Source of the DNA: Octopus sinensis
Taxonomy: Eukaryota
DNA length: 64,000 nt
Assembly: GCF_006345805.1 (NCBI RefSeq)
Contig: NC_043001.1
Span: 128,340,001 to 128,404,000, forward strand
Direction: 5' to 3'
Part shown: piece after piece, positions 1 through 12,904 of the stretch
How positions within the stretch are numbered: the stretch's first letter is position 1
Layout of the letters: every line of letters starts with the position of its first letter
The notes under the pieces: model-generated
What the model was told of the DNA's origin: nothing
Databases searched by the model: none
The model's input: only the letters and a program-made list of their open reading frames with translations
Made by a program: the position numbers and the translations under genes

Positions 1-3000
1 TATCGGCATATCCCAGAGTATGGTTGCTTTCTCGTTTTCTGTGACCTTTTCTGGTGTGTGCCTATACCATCTTTTTTCTGTTGTTATTCCATAATGTTGG
101 CATAGCTTCCAATGTATGTAGGTTCCAACTCTGTCATGTCTGTGAATATATTCCTTCTTAGCCAGGACTGGGCAGCTAGAGATAATATGATTTATTGTTT
201 CTTGTCCGTCTCCACATATTCTGCAGTTACTTGTAATATTTCTTTTCATTACATGTTTTTGGTAATTTCTGGTGGGGAGGCTTTGGTCTTGTGCTGCAAT
301 TAAAAATCCCTCTGTTTCTGCTTTGAGTCCTGAGCTTCTCAACCATTGCTGGGATTTTTCTTTGTCTATTTCTTTTGCGTTTAGTTTAGTCCAGTATTTA
401 CCATGAAGGGGCTTTTCTTGCCATCGTTTTATCATGGTTCGTTGCTGTTCTATTTTTAGTTTGGATTTCATTTGTTTTATAGCTTTTGTTGTTTCTTCAT
501 CATCTTCTTCTTCTTCTTCGTGTTTATTAGGTGGTATGATTTCTTGTTTGTATTTGTCAGCTTCCTTAAATACTGAGAACAGTTTTTTTGTTTTGCTCGT
601 GTTTTGCTGCTATCTGGATCAGTTTTCCTTCCTTCTGAAGTAGGTATTTTTGCAGTCCTATGGTGGTTATTTTATAGTAGTTTTCCAGCTGTATAAGGCC
701 TCTACCACCTTCTATACGTTGTATATATAGTCTTTCTATGTCAGATTTTGGGTGATGCATCCTAGATCCTGTCAGTATTTTTCTTGTTTTCCTATCTATT
801 TTGGACAGTTCATTTCGTGTCCAGTTAAGGATATTGTAGCTGTAACTTATAACTGGGACAGCTAAAGTGTTGATACCTATTATCTTGTTTTTAGCATTGA
901 GCTCTGTTTTTAGTATTGATCTAACTCGTCTATAATATTCTTTTTTATTTTCTCTTTCATTTGTGTGTGTTGTGTCTTATCTAGTTCATGGATTCCTAAG
1001 TATTTGTAAGTTTGGCTTTGGTCTAATTCTTTTATTTCATTGGTTTTATCTAGTGTGATGTTGTTACTCTTAACTAGTTTTCCTCTTTTCATGGTTACTT
1101 TGGCGCATTTTTCTAATCCAAATTTCATATCTATTTCTTTGGTAAATCCATGAACTGTCTTTAATAGTGTTTCCAGCTGTTTGTCATTTGCAGCGTATAG
1201 TTTTAGGTCATCCATATATAAAAGGTGGCTGATCGTTTTGCCGTAACATTTATATCCGCATCCAGTTCTATTTAGCATATCAGATAGAGGTGACAGTGCC
1301 AAGCAGAAAAGGAGTGGAGAGAGCGTGACTCCCTGGAATATTCCTCTTCTAATGGGGATGTCTATGGTTTTCATGAGTCCCTCTTTTGTTTGGAGGTGTA
1401 GGACTGTTTGCCATTTATTCATAGAGTGCTCTATGAATTTTATGATTGTTGGTGCTACTTTGTTAATGGCTAGTGTTTCGAGGATCCATGTGTGGGGGAT
1501 GCTATCAAATGCCTTTTTGTAGTCAATCCAGGCCATACTGAGGCCTTTCTTCTTTCTGTGGCTGTCTTCAGTTACGGCTTTATTAATCATTAGTTGATCT
1601 TTACAGCCATATGAGCCTTTGCGGCATCCTTTCTGCTCTTCTGGGAACAGTTTGTTTTCGTCCAGGTGCTTGTTCAGCCTTTGCGATATCACTGCAGTAA
1701 ATGCCTTGAACATAGTAGGGAGGCAGGTTATTGGCCTGTAGTTTTCTGGTTTTGCTGTTTCATTTGATTGGGAATTAAGATGGTTTTCCCCTTCGTGAGC
1801 CATTCAGGCATTGTCTCTGGCTCTGCTAGTATGCTGTTAAAGTTTTCAGCCAGCTTTTTGTGCATTCCTGTTAGATATTTCAACCAGAAGTTGGGGATCT
1901 TGTCATGCCCAGGTGCCTTCCAGTTGCTTAGTTTTTGCAGTGCCTGGGTGACCTCTTCAGTTGTTATGGGGGTCCAAAGTTGTTCAGATGCCGAGTTTGT
2001 TATTTTGATACTCCTTTTTTTTGGCTGTTCGTTCGCCGACCATATTCTCTCCAGAATTCTTCCAATTCTTCTGCCGTTGGTGCTGCAGTGACTTCTATTT
2101 TATTTTTGCCCAGTTCTTGGTAGAACTTTTTGGGGTTGGAGTTGAACTTTTTGTTCTGTTCAAAGAAGCGTTGGCGTTTCTCGTACCGGCGGATCCTTTG
2201 AGCTTTGGCAAGGATATCTTGCTTCAGCTTTTCTTTTATCTCCGGCAAATCTTTTTCTGTGATGTTATATTTGCGGAGCATTTTTGTTCTCTTTTTGTTG
2301 CTCAGTAGCGTTGATTGTTTGCTGATTTCATTAAGAATCGACAGGTCTTTTCTAATTTTTTTATTTTGTTTTGGATGTTATTTATCCACAGGGTTGTTTG
2401 GGTGGTGGTACTCCTGTTTGGGCGGGTTTGGGTGAGTATCCAGCTTCTTTTGTGGCTGCAGTGGCTGCTGCGTATATCAAGTCATTTAGTTCAGTGATAT
2501 CACTTTTTTTTGTTTCAGTGACTAGTTCAGTGACGGCTAGGTTTATGCTGTTTATAATTGGTGTTGTTATTTCGTTTATTTTAATTCTTGGGAGGTATGG
2601 TCGGTGGTCCATTTTGGGCTCTGTGGTTTTCAGTTCTTTGATTATTTTATTTTTATATTATCATAATCATTAGGCTCCTCTTCGTTGTTTACATCGTGTT
2701 TGTTGGGAATGTTGCGTTTGTCTTCGTGTTTTACAGTTTCAGTGTTTATATTATTGGGCATTGTTGTGTGGCTTCTATCTACATTTTCCTGGTGTATTTT
2801 TTCTTTTAAATGTTCTATTTCTATTTCTGATATTTTTTTGGCTTTGAGAATGTATCTTCGTACGTTAGCTAATTTATTAGGGTTCATTGCTGTATCCAAG
2901 TCTATATCTCTATTATTTTCCTTCCATATTTTATATGTATGTGTTGTTGTATTTTCATTTTTTTGGTAGAGCATTGCTGTGAAGTATGCGTGTAAGATAG

Positions 3001-3217
3001 AAATGTATTCCTCACGTGTCCATTTACGTCTTTTGGGTTTTATTTGCGGGACATGAGGTACAACGTCCGGCCCATTATTTTGACGGTCGTCATTTTCGTA
3101 GGGTACCGGTCCGTTTATTTCTGTTGTCACATTATTTCGCACGTGTAGTTTTTCGTACATTTTTTGTTGTATGTACCGCTCGATTGTTATTCTTGGGTTG
3201 AATAGTATCGGTGGCAT
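1..3217 (-). CDS. Single long R4/Dong ORF (RT + CCHC knuckle, endonuclease off-window), split by about 6 single-base frameshifts
   Basis: ORF-track pieces 2642-3217, 2382-2612, 2000-2281, 910-1803 and 566-760 plus an open frame from ~580 to 1 join when one base is restored or removed in homopolymer runs. I saw no independent nonsense codons. Confidence 0.75.
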
Positions 3218-3477
3218 TTAATTTCTTCGTAGTTCCCTTGTACATGGTGTTTGAGGTCGGGGATGATCGTGATGTTCCACGCATGTTTACATGTGTTGTG
3301 TTAGAGGTGGAGATAATATCGAGTCAAAATACATCATTTCGTTTCGAAAATAGTAATAAATTTCAATTAGTATTACTTACTCGGATACAGTCCAATTCTT
3401 TGTTAGTAAATCTTTGGCTCCATAGGATGTCCTTGTTTTCGATGTTTGTGGATAGATTTCGGAGCTCTGTATTTTCC
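1..3477 (-). mobile_element. R4/Dong-clade non-LTR retrotransposon, family 1; 5' end present, 3' end (RLE endonuclease, UTR) runs off the left edge
   Basis: Minus-strand translation: N-terminal PKRRKWTREE..LANVRR motif, RT motifs PENYRPITCLPT / EQKG / IDYKKAFDS / GIFQG / LLYMDDLKL / FGLEKC, post-RT RLYIQRIEGGRGL, C-terminal CRIC..HIISSC zinc knuckle, then ATILWDMPI at base 1. The 5' end abuts a (TAA)n tract. Confidence 0.9.
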
Positions 3478-3532
<55 letters not shown>

Positions 3533-3593
3533 CATTGTCATTATTGTTGTTATTATTATTATTATTATTATGTTGTTATTATTATTATTATTA
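3478..3593. repeat. (TAA/TTA)n microsatellite between two Dong elements
   Basis: Direct reading: ttattattatt... with a few variant units. Confidence 0.95.
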
Positions 3594-6500
3594 TATGTTT
3601 AACTTTTGCTTTATGTCTGTACAAGTTGGCTCCAAGTCTCACCCAGAGACCTCAAGAGACAACAGGTTGGAAGTTCTGTGCCATATTATTTGTTTTTGTT
3701 TTTTTTTGTGTGTTGTACTAGTGAATGTCTAATACATAAAAAAATAAATAAATAAATAAATAAAAAAAATAAATAAATAAATAAAAAGTTTGTTTTAACC
3801 TTGGGATTACATAGAGAGTATTTTGCGTAGGATATGAGCAGTTCCCATGAGCACTATCTTTTGAATTTCTGCCATTGTGGGGTTTCCTGGTATCTGAGTT
3901 AGGTAGCAATTAGTCCCTTTCGCTATCATTCCCAGGGCACCTATGACAACAGGTATTGTTTTAGTCTTCAGCTTCCACATTTTGCTGATTCTATTTCAAG
4001 ATCTTTATATTTGCTCAGTTTTTGGTAGGTCTTGACAGATACGTTTATATCGATTGGGACAGTCATATCAATGAGGAGGCATGTTCTTTGTCTGAAGTCT
4101 TTCAATATAATGTCTGGCCTATTTGCATCTATCTTCCTGTCAGTTTGAATGGTGAAGTTCCAGAGGAGTGAGATGTGGTCATTTTCAAGCACAGGACGTG
4201 GATTGTGTTCCCACCAGTTTTTTTCATGGGGCAAATCCAGGTTTTTGCAAATTACCCAGTGAATATATTGTGCTGCTCTATCATGCCTACTGAGTACTCT
4301 GTAGGCGCTAGAAGACTGCATTTGGAGACAACATGGTCAATGGTTTCATTTTGTTGTCGGTATACACGACATGTTGGGCTACTGCCGTTCTTAATATGTT
4401 GGCCTGGTAGTTTCTTGTTGGTAGGCATTGATCTTGAGCTGCTATGATAAACCCCTCTGTTTCAGATTTTAAGCCAGAGGCCATTAGCCATTGATGGGTC
4501 AGGGCTTTGTCGATATCTGCATTATTCGCTCTCTTTGGGTATTTGCCATAGAGAGGTTTTTCTTGCCATTTATTATTCAGAATATCTAAGGACGCAGTTT
4601 GGCACGGGTTTTCATGCGCCTAGCTTTTTCTGTGCTTGTTTCTTGTATATCTATCTCTAATTCCGAAATTGGTTGTATTCGGAATTCACTTAGATATTCC
4701 TTTGCCTGTTTTGTGACTGAGTATGATGCTTTCTTGTTTTCATGCTTTAAGACAAGTTTTAACATCCAGTCCTCAGAGTTTTTCAGGTAGGTGTCTAGGC
4801 CAATTGTAGCAATCTTCATTGTTATTGCCAGTTGCAAAAGACCACGGCCTCCCTCTTTTCTTGGCAGATAGAGTCGTTCTGTATCTGCCTTAGGGTGGTG
4901 CATTCTATGCATTGTCAACAGTTTCCTTATTTTTCTGTCGAGCTGACATATTTCAGTAATTGACCAGTTAACAATATTGAAACTGTAAGTCACAACTGGT
5001 ATGGCTAATGCATTGATCGCTTCGATCTTGTTTCTTGCATTCAGCTCTGTCTTGAGTATTGCTCTCACTCTTCGATAGCATTCTCTCCTGATCCTTTCCT
5101 TCATCTCTGAATGCCTTATTCTGTTCCCTTCAATTACCCCTAGGTACTTGTAGCTCTCCACTGGGTCTAGTTCTTTTATGACATTCTGCTGGTCAAGGTT
5201 AACGTTAGATGTTTCTGTCATTTTTCCTTTGATAAAGGTAGCCTTTGCACATTTATCGAGGCCGAATTGCATTCTGATGTCGTCACTGAATTGTTTGACT
5301 ATTGCTAGTAAGCCCTTGAGTTGTTGGTCATTTTTGCAAAAAGCTTTAAATCATCCATGTAAATGAGATGATTTATATTTTTATCAAACATTTTATACCC
5401 GTACTGCACGTCATTGAGCAGCTTTGAGAGAGGTATTAAGGATAAACAAAAGAGGAGTGGTGACAGTGAGTCACCCTGGAAAATGCCACACGAAATTTTT
5501 ACATCACCAGCATTTAGGGATTCATTGTCACGGTTCAGAGTTAGTGTGGTTCTCCATGATCTCATACTTACAGTCAAGAAGTTTCGCAGAGTAGGTGCTA
5601 TCTTATACATTTCCAGGCATTTCCTAATCCAGCTATGTGGTAGGCTATCAAAAGCCTTTTTATAGTCTATCCAGGCTATTTGATAAGTTTTTGTGTCGTT
5701 TGTGACAATCTTCTAAGATCATCTTATTGATGAGTAGTTGGTCTTTACAGCCGTAGGATCCACGTTTACATCCTTTCTGTTCATTAGGGAATATGCTGCT
5801 GTCTGTTAAAAAACTATAGGTATATTCCGTCAGGACAGATGTTAGTGTTTTGTACATAGTTGTTAAGCAGGTTATGGGTCTATAGTTTTTTGGTTCATTT
5901 GTTTCTTCACTTTTTGGAAGCAGGAATGTTAACCCATTAACTAGCCAACTAGGGTGTTGCAAAACATCGTTGTACAGTTCTGTTAGCAGTTCATGGCTCT
6001 CTGGGAAGGCATTCAGCCAGAAGTTAGGAATTTTATCCTTTCCTGGAGACTTCCATTTGCTTGACCTCCTGAGAGCAGATCTTATATCTTCTACCTTGAC
6101 ACCCTCCCACTTTTGCTCTTCTAAGGGATCCAGTTCTGTAGATATTCTGTCAATCCAGGGGGCCTTTTCGTTGTGTGTTTTTTCTTCTGCCCAGATTTTA
6201 TTCTTCTTTTGATGGTACAGACCTTGCAGTAAACGCTGTTTTTCCTATCTTCCTGTAAAAATTCTTGGTGTTATTTTTGAACATGTTGTTGTCCTTGAAA
6301 AATCTATAGTTTTCATATTGTATTTTTTCAGTAATTTTGGGGTTTTTGTAGGTTTGGTAGTCTTGTGAGCCTTAAGGTTTTTCAAATATTCAATGTCAGA
6401 TCTAAATATTTTAATTTGTTGTTGCATAGTATAGGTGGTTGAGGTTTGTGATATCAACATCATTAGCTGAAATTATATCCTTAAGTGCAAGCCGGATTTT

Positions 6501-6998
6501 ACCAATTATTTTCATGTTTTGGTTAGAGTTGCGGATTTTAGGAGGTGTATCACGTTCATCCATGCTGGTTTCTTTAATTTTCAGCCATTCAATCATGATT
6601 TGATTTTTTAGCTCATGTAGTTCTGTTGGGTCAATATTTGTGTGACTTTCTTTATCTATTTGATGCTCATCTGTCTTAGTGTTTATGATTGGTTCAGGGA
6701 GTATTTCACTTTGCCTATCACTTATACTAACTCTTTCAATCCCACTTCGTTTTTATCAGCCCTGGGCTGGTCTATAATTATTTCCTCTGTTTTATCTTCT
6801 CTAGCTGCAGCTTCGTTCATTTTATCCGATATTGCTTGTCTAACCTGATCAATCTCTACTTCAGTCAGTAATTTTTTTTTTATAATGTTTCTTCTGACGT
6901 TGGCAAGTTTGTTACTGTCTATGTAGGGTCTTACTTCAGGGTGTTTCTGTCTCCAGTTTAAGTATGCTTGTACAGTGCTAGACTTATCTGTGGGGAAA
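3594..6998 (-). mobile_element. R4/Dong-clade LINE, family 2; 5'-truncated, complete 3' end
   Basis: RT (PKNYRPITCLTT, GIFQGDSLSPLLF, LIYMDDLKL), CRVC..HVVSKC knuckle, RLE KIDANRPDIILKD..LLIDMTVP, stop near 3807, ~210-bp 3' UTR ending in (TAA)n. The 5' end starts inside the N-terminal domain (SNKLANVRRN) next to another (TAA)n tract. Confidence 0.9.
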
Positions 6999-7000
6999 TA

Positions 7001-7039
<39 letters not shown>

Positions 7040-7040
7040 G

Positions 7041-7083
<43 letters not shown>

Positions 7084-7141
7084 CATCATTATTATTATTG
7101 TCATCATCATCGTCGTCGTCGTCATCATCATCAGTAGTAGT

Positions 7142-7197
<56 letters not shown>

Positions 7198-7215
7198 CAG
7201 TAGTATTAGTGGTGG
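6999..7215. repeat. Compound trinucleotide microsatellite (TAT/CAT/CGT/CAG/TAG)
   Basis: Direct reading. Confidence 0.95.
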
Positions 7216-7784
7216 GGGTGGTTTCTGCTATTAAATGTTTCTTGCAAGTCGGCTTTCTGAGGTATGTGCAACATTGTTTTTTTAGGCCTGTCGAGTAGTG
7301 TTTGTATGTAACATCAAATTTGTTGTGTTATGGAGTCCGTGTCAATGTTCTTGGTTTTCATTTTAATGTTTCATTTGTTTGTTGTAAAAAATATATATAT
7401 ATATATATATATATGTCTGTGTTGATTTGTATTTTTATAGGGTGCTGAGTGTGTAGAATTGCAGGTTATGTTATATTACTGGGTGTTGATTGTATTACAA
7501 ATATGCTCTGCAGGTCGTATTACAGGGCGTGATAGTTGGTAGTGACAAAAGTATAGTGTGTGAGTTGATAAATTGTGCTACTGAACTGAAAGTGTCTTAC
7601 ATACAATGTCTGCTGTGTGCCTAGTAGATATATATATGTGTGTGTATGTATATGTACATGTATATGTGTGTGTACATATATAGGAGGATAAGTCAATATA
7701 TATGAGGGGAAGTTATATATATGAGAGGAAGTCACTTTCACCATAACATATCTTTATTAGTCTCACACTGCCTTCTGTGTATGC

Positions 7785-8099
7785 ATATCACCGTGACCAC
7801 TGTGACTGACCAGGCTATTAGATGCTGCTACACATCGCTGGTCACAATGCGCTTCGCATTGTTTTAGCCTTCAAATGACGCCACCCCACTGGCTAAGCAA
7901 GCAGGCCAACAGAAGAAAGAGTGAGAGAAAGTTGTGGCGAAAGAGTACAGCAGGGATCGCCACCACCCCCTGCTGGAGCCACGTGGAGCTTTAGGTGTTT
8001 TCGCTCAGTAAACACTCACAACGCCCGTTCTGGGAATCGAAACCGCGATCCTACAACCGCGAGTCCGCTACCCTAACTGCTGGGCCATTGCGCCTCCAT
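7785..8099 (-). mobile_element. tRNA-derived SINE (family C, tail type 1)
   Basis: Minus strand begins GGAGGCGCAATGGCCCAGCAGTTAGG (A-box-like) ... GGTTTCGATTCCC (B-box). Head and body are shared with the copy at 46425-46722. Confidence 0.75.
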
Positions 8100-8167
8100 G
8101 TGTATGCATATAGTTGGTAATATTGTGGTCACATGATCGAAGTTTGAGCCTGATCATGCCATTTTTC

Positions 8168-8552
8168 TTTCTGGCTTTACAGTATAAGCATGGCCACTCC
8201 ACTATCAATGTGCCCTCAAAAAGAGCAAAGAGCAGTAGTCTGAAAGATGGTAATGGTGAACCAGTTCGCCTTTACTATCTCTCGAGCTTGCTGAATCTTC
8301 TCATCAGCGTTGGAGGTTGACGGGCGTCCTGCTCCCTCTTTGTGCATCGTGCTTGTCCAGCTACTTTTAAACTTTTCGATCCACTCATGCACACTTCTAC
8401 GCGGTAGTGTACTGTTCCTGTATTGTACTAAAAGCCTCCGATGAATTTCAACACCTGACACACCTTCCAACCAGAGAAATCATATCACTGCTCTCTGTTC
8501 TTCTTTGGTGCACATTGCTGGTGGAGCGACCATGCTTATACTGTAAAGCCAG
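8168..8552 (-). mobile_element. Mariner transposase 5' fragment with a short inverted copy of its own 5' end
   Basis: ORF 8216-8470 [29 protein letters not shown] matches the mariner N-terminal HTH. 8168-8240 is an inverted copy of 8483-8552. Confidence 0.7.
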
Positions 8553-8554
8553 AA

Positions 8555-8590
8555 TATACATACATACATACATACATACATACATACACA

Positions 8591-8654
<64 letters not shown>

Positions 8655-8835
8655 TATATAAATACATATACATATATATATATATATTATATATATATAT
8701 ATATTATATATATATAATACATATACATATATATATATACACACATATACATACATATACATGTATATATGTATATACATATATTTATATATGTGTGTGT
8801 GTGTGTGTCTGTGTCTGTGTGTGTATATATATATG
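8555..8835. repeat. (TACA)n/(TA)n/(TG)n microsatellite
   Basis: Direct reading. Confidence 0.95.
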
Positions 8836-9404
8836 CATGCACTATTATATTTAGTGTCTGTTGTTACTCCATACCATTACATTACATTTTTATCCAGGAA
8901 TTTGGATACATTGATCTTCTGCACAGCTTAACCAGTTGAAGTAAAAGTCAAAGTATCACATAAGGTGTGACAACCACTGATACTTTGTCTGTTGCTCTGA
9001 AATATCTTACTCTGTATGTAGAGCAGGATTAATTCTGTTTTACTGTTCCTTATTGCATTATTCCTCAGCTAAACACGAATTGCACCATTTTGAATTGTTA
9101 CTGGTATGGTTCTCTCCAAGATAGACCATGCGATAATCATGGACACACATTTTTTTCACCAGATGTCCTTCAAGAAGCACATACTGTTTTTCTTTGTGAT
9201 AAGATTTAAAAATGCTCATGTGCTCATATAATTTGCTCTTAAATGGGTTTTCTATTAAGTTTATGTAAGACAATACCACCGTTTTCTTTCAGTTGTAGTC
9301 ATCTGATACTTGATGCAATTTTTTATGCACAGGTTATCTACAGAACATAACTTAATATCTTGACAATCGTCTTTACCTGCTCTTTGGTTCGTTAGGCATA
9401 TATT

Positions 9405-9736
9405 GTATGTATGTATGTATGTATGTATGTATGTATGTATGTATGTATGTATGAATGTATGTATGTATGTATGTATGCATGTATGTATGTATGTATGTAT
9501 GTATGTATGTATGAATGTATGTATGAATGTATGTATGCACGTATGTATATATGTATTCATGTATGTATGTATGTATGTATGTATGTATGTATGTATGTAT
9601 GTATGTATGTATGTATGTATGTGTATGTATGTATGTGTATGTATGTATGTATGTATGTATGTATGTATGTATGAATGTATGTATGCACGTATGTATGTAT
9701 GTATGTATGTATGATGTACGTATGTATGCACGTATG

Positions 9737-9770
<34 letters not shown>

Positions 9771-9977
9771 TGTATGAATGTATGTATGCACGTATGTATA
9801 TATGTATTCATGTATGTATGTATGTATGTATGTATGTATGTATGTATGTATGAATGTATGTATGCACGTATGTATATATGTATTCATGTATGTATGTATG
9901 TATGTATGTATGAATGTATGTATGCACGTATGTATATATGTATTCATGTATGTATGTATGTATGTATGCATGTATGT
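9405..9977. repeat. Long (TATG)n tetranucleotide array with higher-order variant blocks
   Basis: About 570 bp of tatg. The block gaatgtatgtatgcacgtatgtatatatgtattcat recurs several times. Confidence 0.95.
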
Positions 9978-11275
9978 AAACCTAAATAAAACACTTTTTT
10001 TTTTGCTTTTTGCCAAATTGCATTTTATCATAGATTTTGCTGTACTTTGAAATAATTTTAAATTGCTGTAACTCTTGAATGCATTATTCAATATACATAA
10101 TTTTTTCACCTAGTAAAATATGTTGCCAAGCTATTTAAAGAGAGAGTAGTGTTGTATATGCCCCATGTATTAGAATTTTTGGCATGTTATACAGATTTTA
10201 ACTTTTAATACTTACTCTTAAAATTGCAGGAGAAATAGCTTTTAAACATTTTACTACAGAAATCATATATATCCATGCAAAAATTCATTACCCTTAACAG
10301 CAGAAAGCAGTTTTATAAACTAATCTAACTTTAGTTGAGGAATGTCATATTTGGTTTGAAAATATTTTTTTGCTGAGACATGTTAAATTTATTGAGGCAA
10401 CGTGACTTGCAGAAAATACCAAATCTTTTTGTAGATATTTAGCATCATTACTAGGATAACCATAAAATTTAATTTCTCAGTTAAAGAGTTAACACTGTTC
10501 TTTTTAAATAATTTGTGAAGTTTGCTGTCAATATGGTAGTGTTAGTGTTTGTCTGTTAAGGTGGTGAGTTGTTTTGCTATACAGGTTATAGCATTCAGCT
10601 TAAACAATTGATTTTTATTAATTCTTTTCATAAATTTTAAAATTCAATATTGATACGCAGCATATGTATAAGGGAACTAAAAGTTCATACCTGATAGAAA
10701 TCAAACCACATTTCTAGCACACTGATATCATTCAATGGTCATAAAACCGCTTTGCAATTTTTATCACTATGATCAGATGAGTGTTAGATACCCAGGACAG
10801 TCACATGCCTTTCATGTTAATAATTTTGTTGTTGCTGTTGTTGTTTAGCCCCAGGTTAGATTTGATCAAGTATCTTATTGATCTATCCAGGACCATATGT
10901 TTATTTCTGATATATATAAGGCTATAATATATTATCCAATATGTTTGCTATTTTTTTTTTAAACAGAAGGTTGTGATCTACAAGAGAAGGAGAGGGAAAG
11001 AAAGAGAAAGATGGAGGAGACAGACAGTTGTACACACACACACACACACACATACACACCAACACATATGCGTGCGCACACACACACAGAAAGAGAAAAT
11101 GAAGGAGAGATTCAACTACTATTTCTAGTAGGTTGAGAGACCACATAGAAGCTTTCTCTGTCTCTGGTGTTGTTTACAACTGTAAATTCTTTATGATCGA
11201 TGCTGTTTTGTTATTGTATGACTCTGAAAGTAACCAAATCATTGAACTCATTTCTAGTAAAAAATTATTCTTTAA

Positions 11276-11651
11276 CGAGTTTCAGTCATTTGGCTGCAGC
11301 CATGCTGGGGCACTGCCTTGAAGAATTTTTAGTCGAATGAATCAAGTCCAGTACTTATTTTTTAAACTTGGTGCTTATTCTCTTGGTCTCTTTTGCTGAA
11401 CCACTAAGTTATAGGGACGTAAACACACCAACATCACTTGTCAAGTGGTGGTGGGGGACAAACACAGACACAAAGACACACACACATGATGGGCTTCTTT
11501 CAGTTTCCGTCTATCAAATCCACTCACAAGGCTTTGGTGGGCCTGAGGCTATAGCAGAAGACACTTGCCCAAGGTGCTACACAGTGGGACTGAAACCTGA
11601 ACCATGTGGCTGGGAAACAAGCTACTTACCACACAACCACACCTGCACCTA
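11276..11651 (-). mobile_element. Family A tRNA-derived SINE (older variant)
   Basis: Family A layout: tRNA-like head (..GTGTGGTAAG..GGTTCAGTCCC), body CTTGGGCAAGTGTCTT..GTGAGTGGATTTG, internal (CA/TG)n, tail ..CAGCATGGC..GACTGAAAC. Confidence 0.85.
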
Positions 11652-12026
11652 TACTCTTTTACTTGTTTCAGTCATTTGAATGTGGCCATGCTGGAACACC
11701 ACCTTTAGTCGAGCAAATTGACCCCAGGACTTATTCTATCGATCTCTTTTGCTGAACTGCTAAGTTACAGGGACGTAAACACGCCAGCATCGGTTGTCAA
11801 GTGATGTTGGGAAGACAAACACACAGACACACACACACACACACACATATACATACATACAATGGGATTCTTTCAGTTTCAGTCTACCAAATCCACTCAC
11901 AAGGCTTCGGTCAGCCTTAGGCTATAGTAGAAGACACTTGCCCAAGGTGCAACGCAGTGGGACTGAACCTGGAACCATGTGGTTTGTAAGCAAGCTACTT
12001 GCCACACAGCCACTCCTATGCCTATA
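11652..12026 (-). mobile_element. Family A SINE, tandem with the previous copy
   Basis: Full head-body-tail layout, directly abutting 11276-11651. Confidence 0.9.
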
Positions 12027-12184
12027 TTCAGCAATTAAATAAAACTGTTTTATGGAGTAAGCTAGGATTCAACTAATATTTATTATATACTACCTCACAG
12101 ACAACCAAAGAGAGTTGCATGTTTGGTTTAAAATCATTCATACTACATCAATATCCTGGGTCTACAATTCATTTGATTTTAGAT

Positions 12185-12585
12185 ATTACTAGCAGTATCG
12201 CCCAGCGTTGCTCGGGTTTGTAAGGGAAATAACTATATAAGCATTTATAGAGAGTTACTTCCCTTATATAAACCGAGCGAAAATGCATTAAAAATGCGGA
12301 AAAATTATGGTAAATTTTTTTTAAATCGTAGACTCATCGTAGACGCGAGTTACTTCCCTTATATAATAGCAAAAAAAATGCATTAAAAATGGGAAAAAAT
12401 GATGGTAAATGTTTTTAAAAATCGTAGACTCATCTTAGACGCGCGCTAATACCCAAAAGGGCTCGATATGAATCACGACTATAAGATACCTGGTTTTGGT
12501 TAAACTGCACCACAAAATGTGGGAGTAGTTAGGAATCTAAATCGTAGGAGACAGACACACAACTTCACTTTTATATATAAAGATT
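12185..12585 (+). mobile_element. Non-autonomous helitron/helentron-like (DINE-1/Lep1-type) element
   Basis: Starts TATTACTAGCAGTATCGCCCAGCGTTGCTCGGG (subterminal hairpin), has an internal ~95-bp duplication and ends ..CTTTTATATATAAAGAT. Family assignment is from recalled terminal patterns. Confidence 0.55.
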
Positions 12586-12651
12586 AATGTTTTTTTTTTT
12601 TTATTGCAATAGCTAACTTCTAATGTTCATCATTTAAAGATCTGATTATAG

Positions 12652-12716
12652 CAGCGTTGTGCCTCAAAATCTTTGTTTGGAAGTTACTTTAACTGTACCA
12701 TACCAAGCAGTGGAAG
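12652..12716 (+). CDS. Candidate host exon (unidentified), SVVPQNLCLEVTLTVPYQAVE
   Basis: AG acceptor at 12650-51, open frame, consensus donor GAAG|GTAAGT at 12717. Phase-compatible with an open frame starting at 12800 after an 83-nt intron. No recognisable homology. Confidence 0.3.
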
Positions 12717-12799
12717 GTAAGTGTTATGTTGGTACAGCACAGGGCTGGCTTACACATAGATTTTGTAACCATTTTTCATCTTCCAATCAAATGAAACAG

Positions 12800-12904
12800 A
12801 AGGAACCATAGCATTAGTAGATCATAGATGGTCTTTGAAAGACCGTAAGATCAAGTATAATATCAAATGGAGAATGTTCAAGAAGCCAAAAGAAAATGCT
12901 GAAG
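12800..12904 (+). CDS. Candidate host exon (unidentified), EGTIALVDHRWSLKDRKIKYNIKWRMFKKPKENAE
   Basis: CAG acceptor at 12797-99 and a phase-1 open frame. Possible donors at 12845 (C|GTAAGA) or 12905. Confidence 0.25.

Noticed and set aside
9261-10109. 282-aa HTYI-repeat ORF and the overlapping MYVC ORFs
   Set aside because: These are translations of the (TATG)n array. The same applies to the YI/HT/CV/LSIY ORFs at 21.2, 42.8, 47.4, 53.2 and 60.1-61.5 kb.
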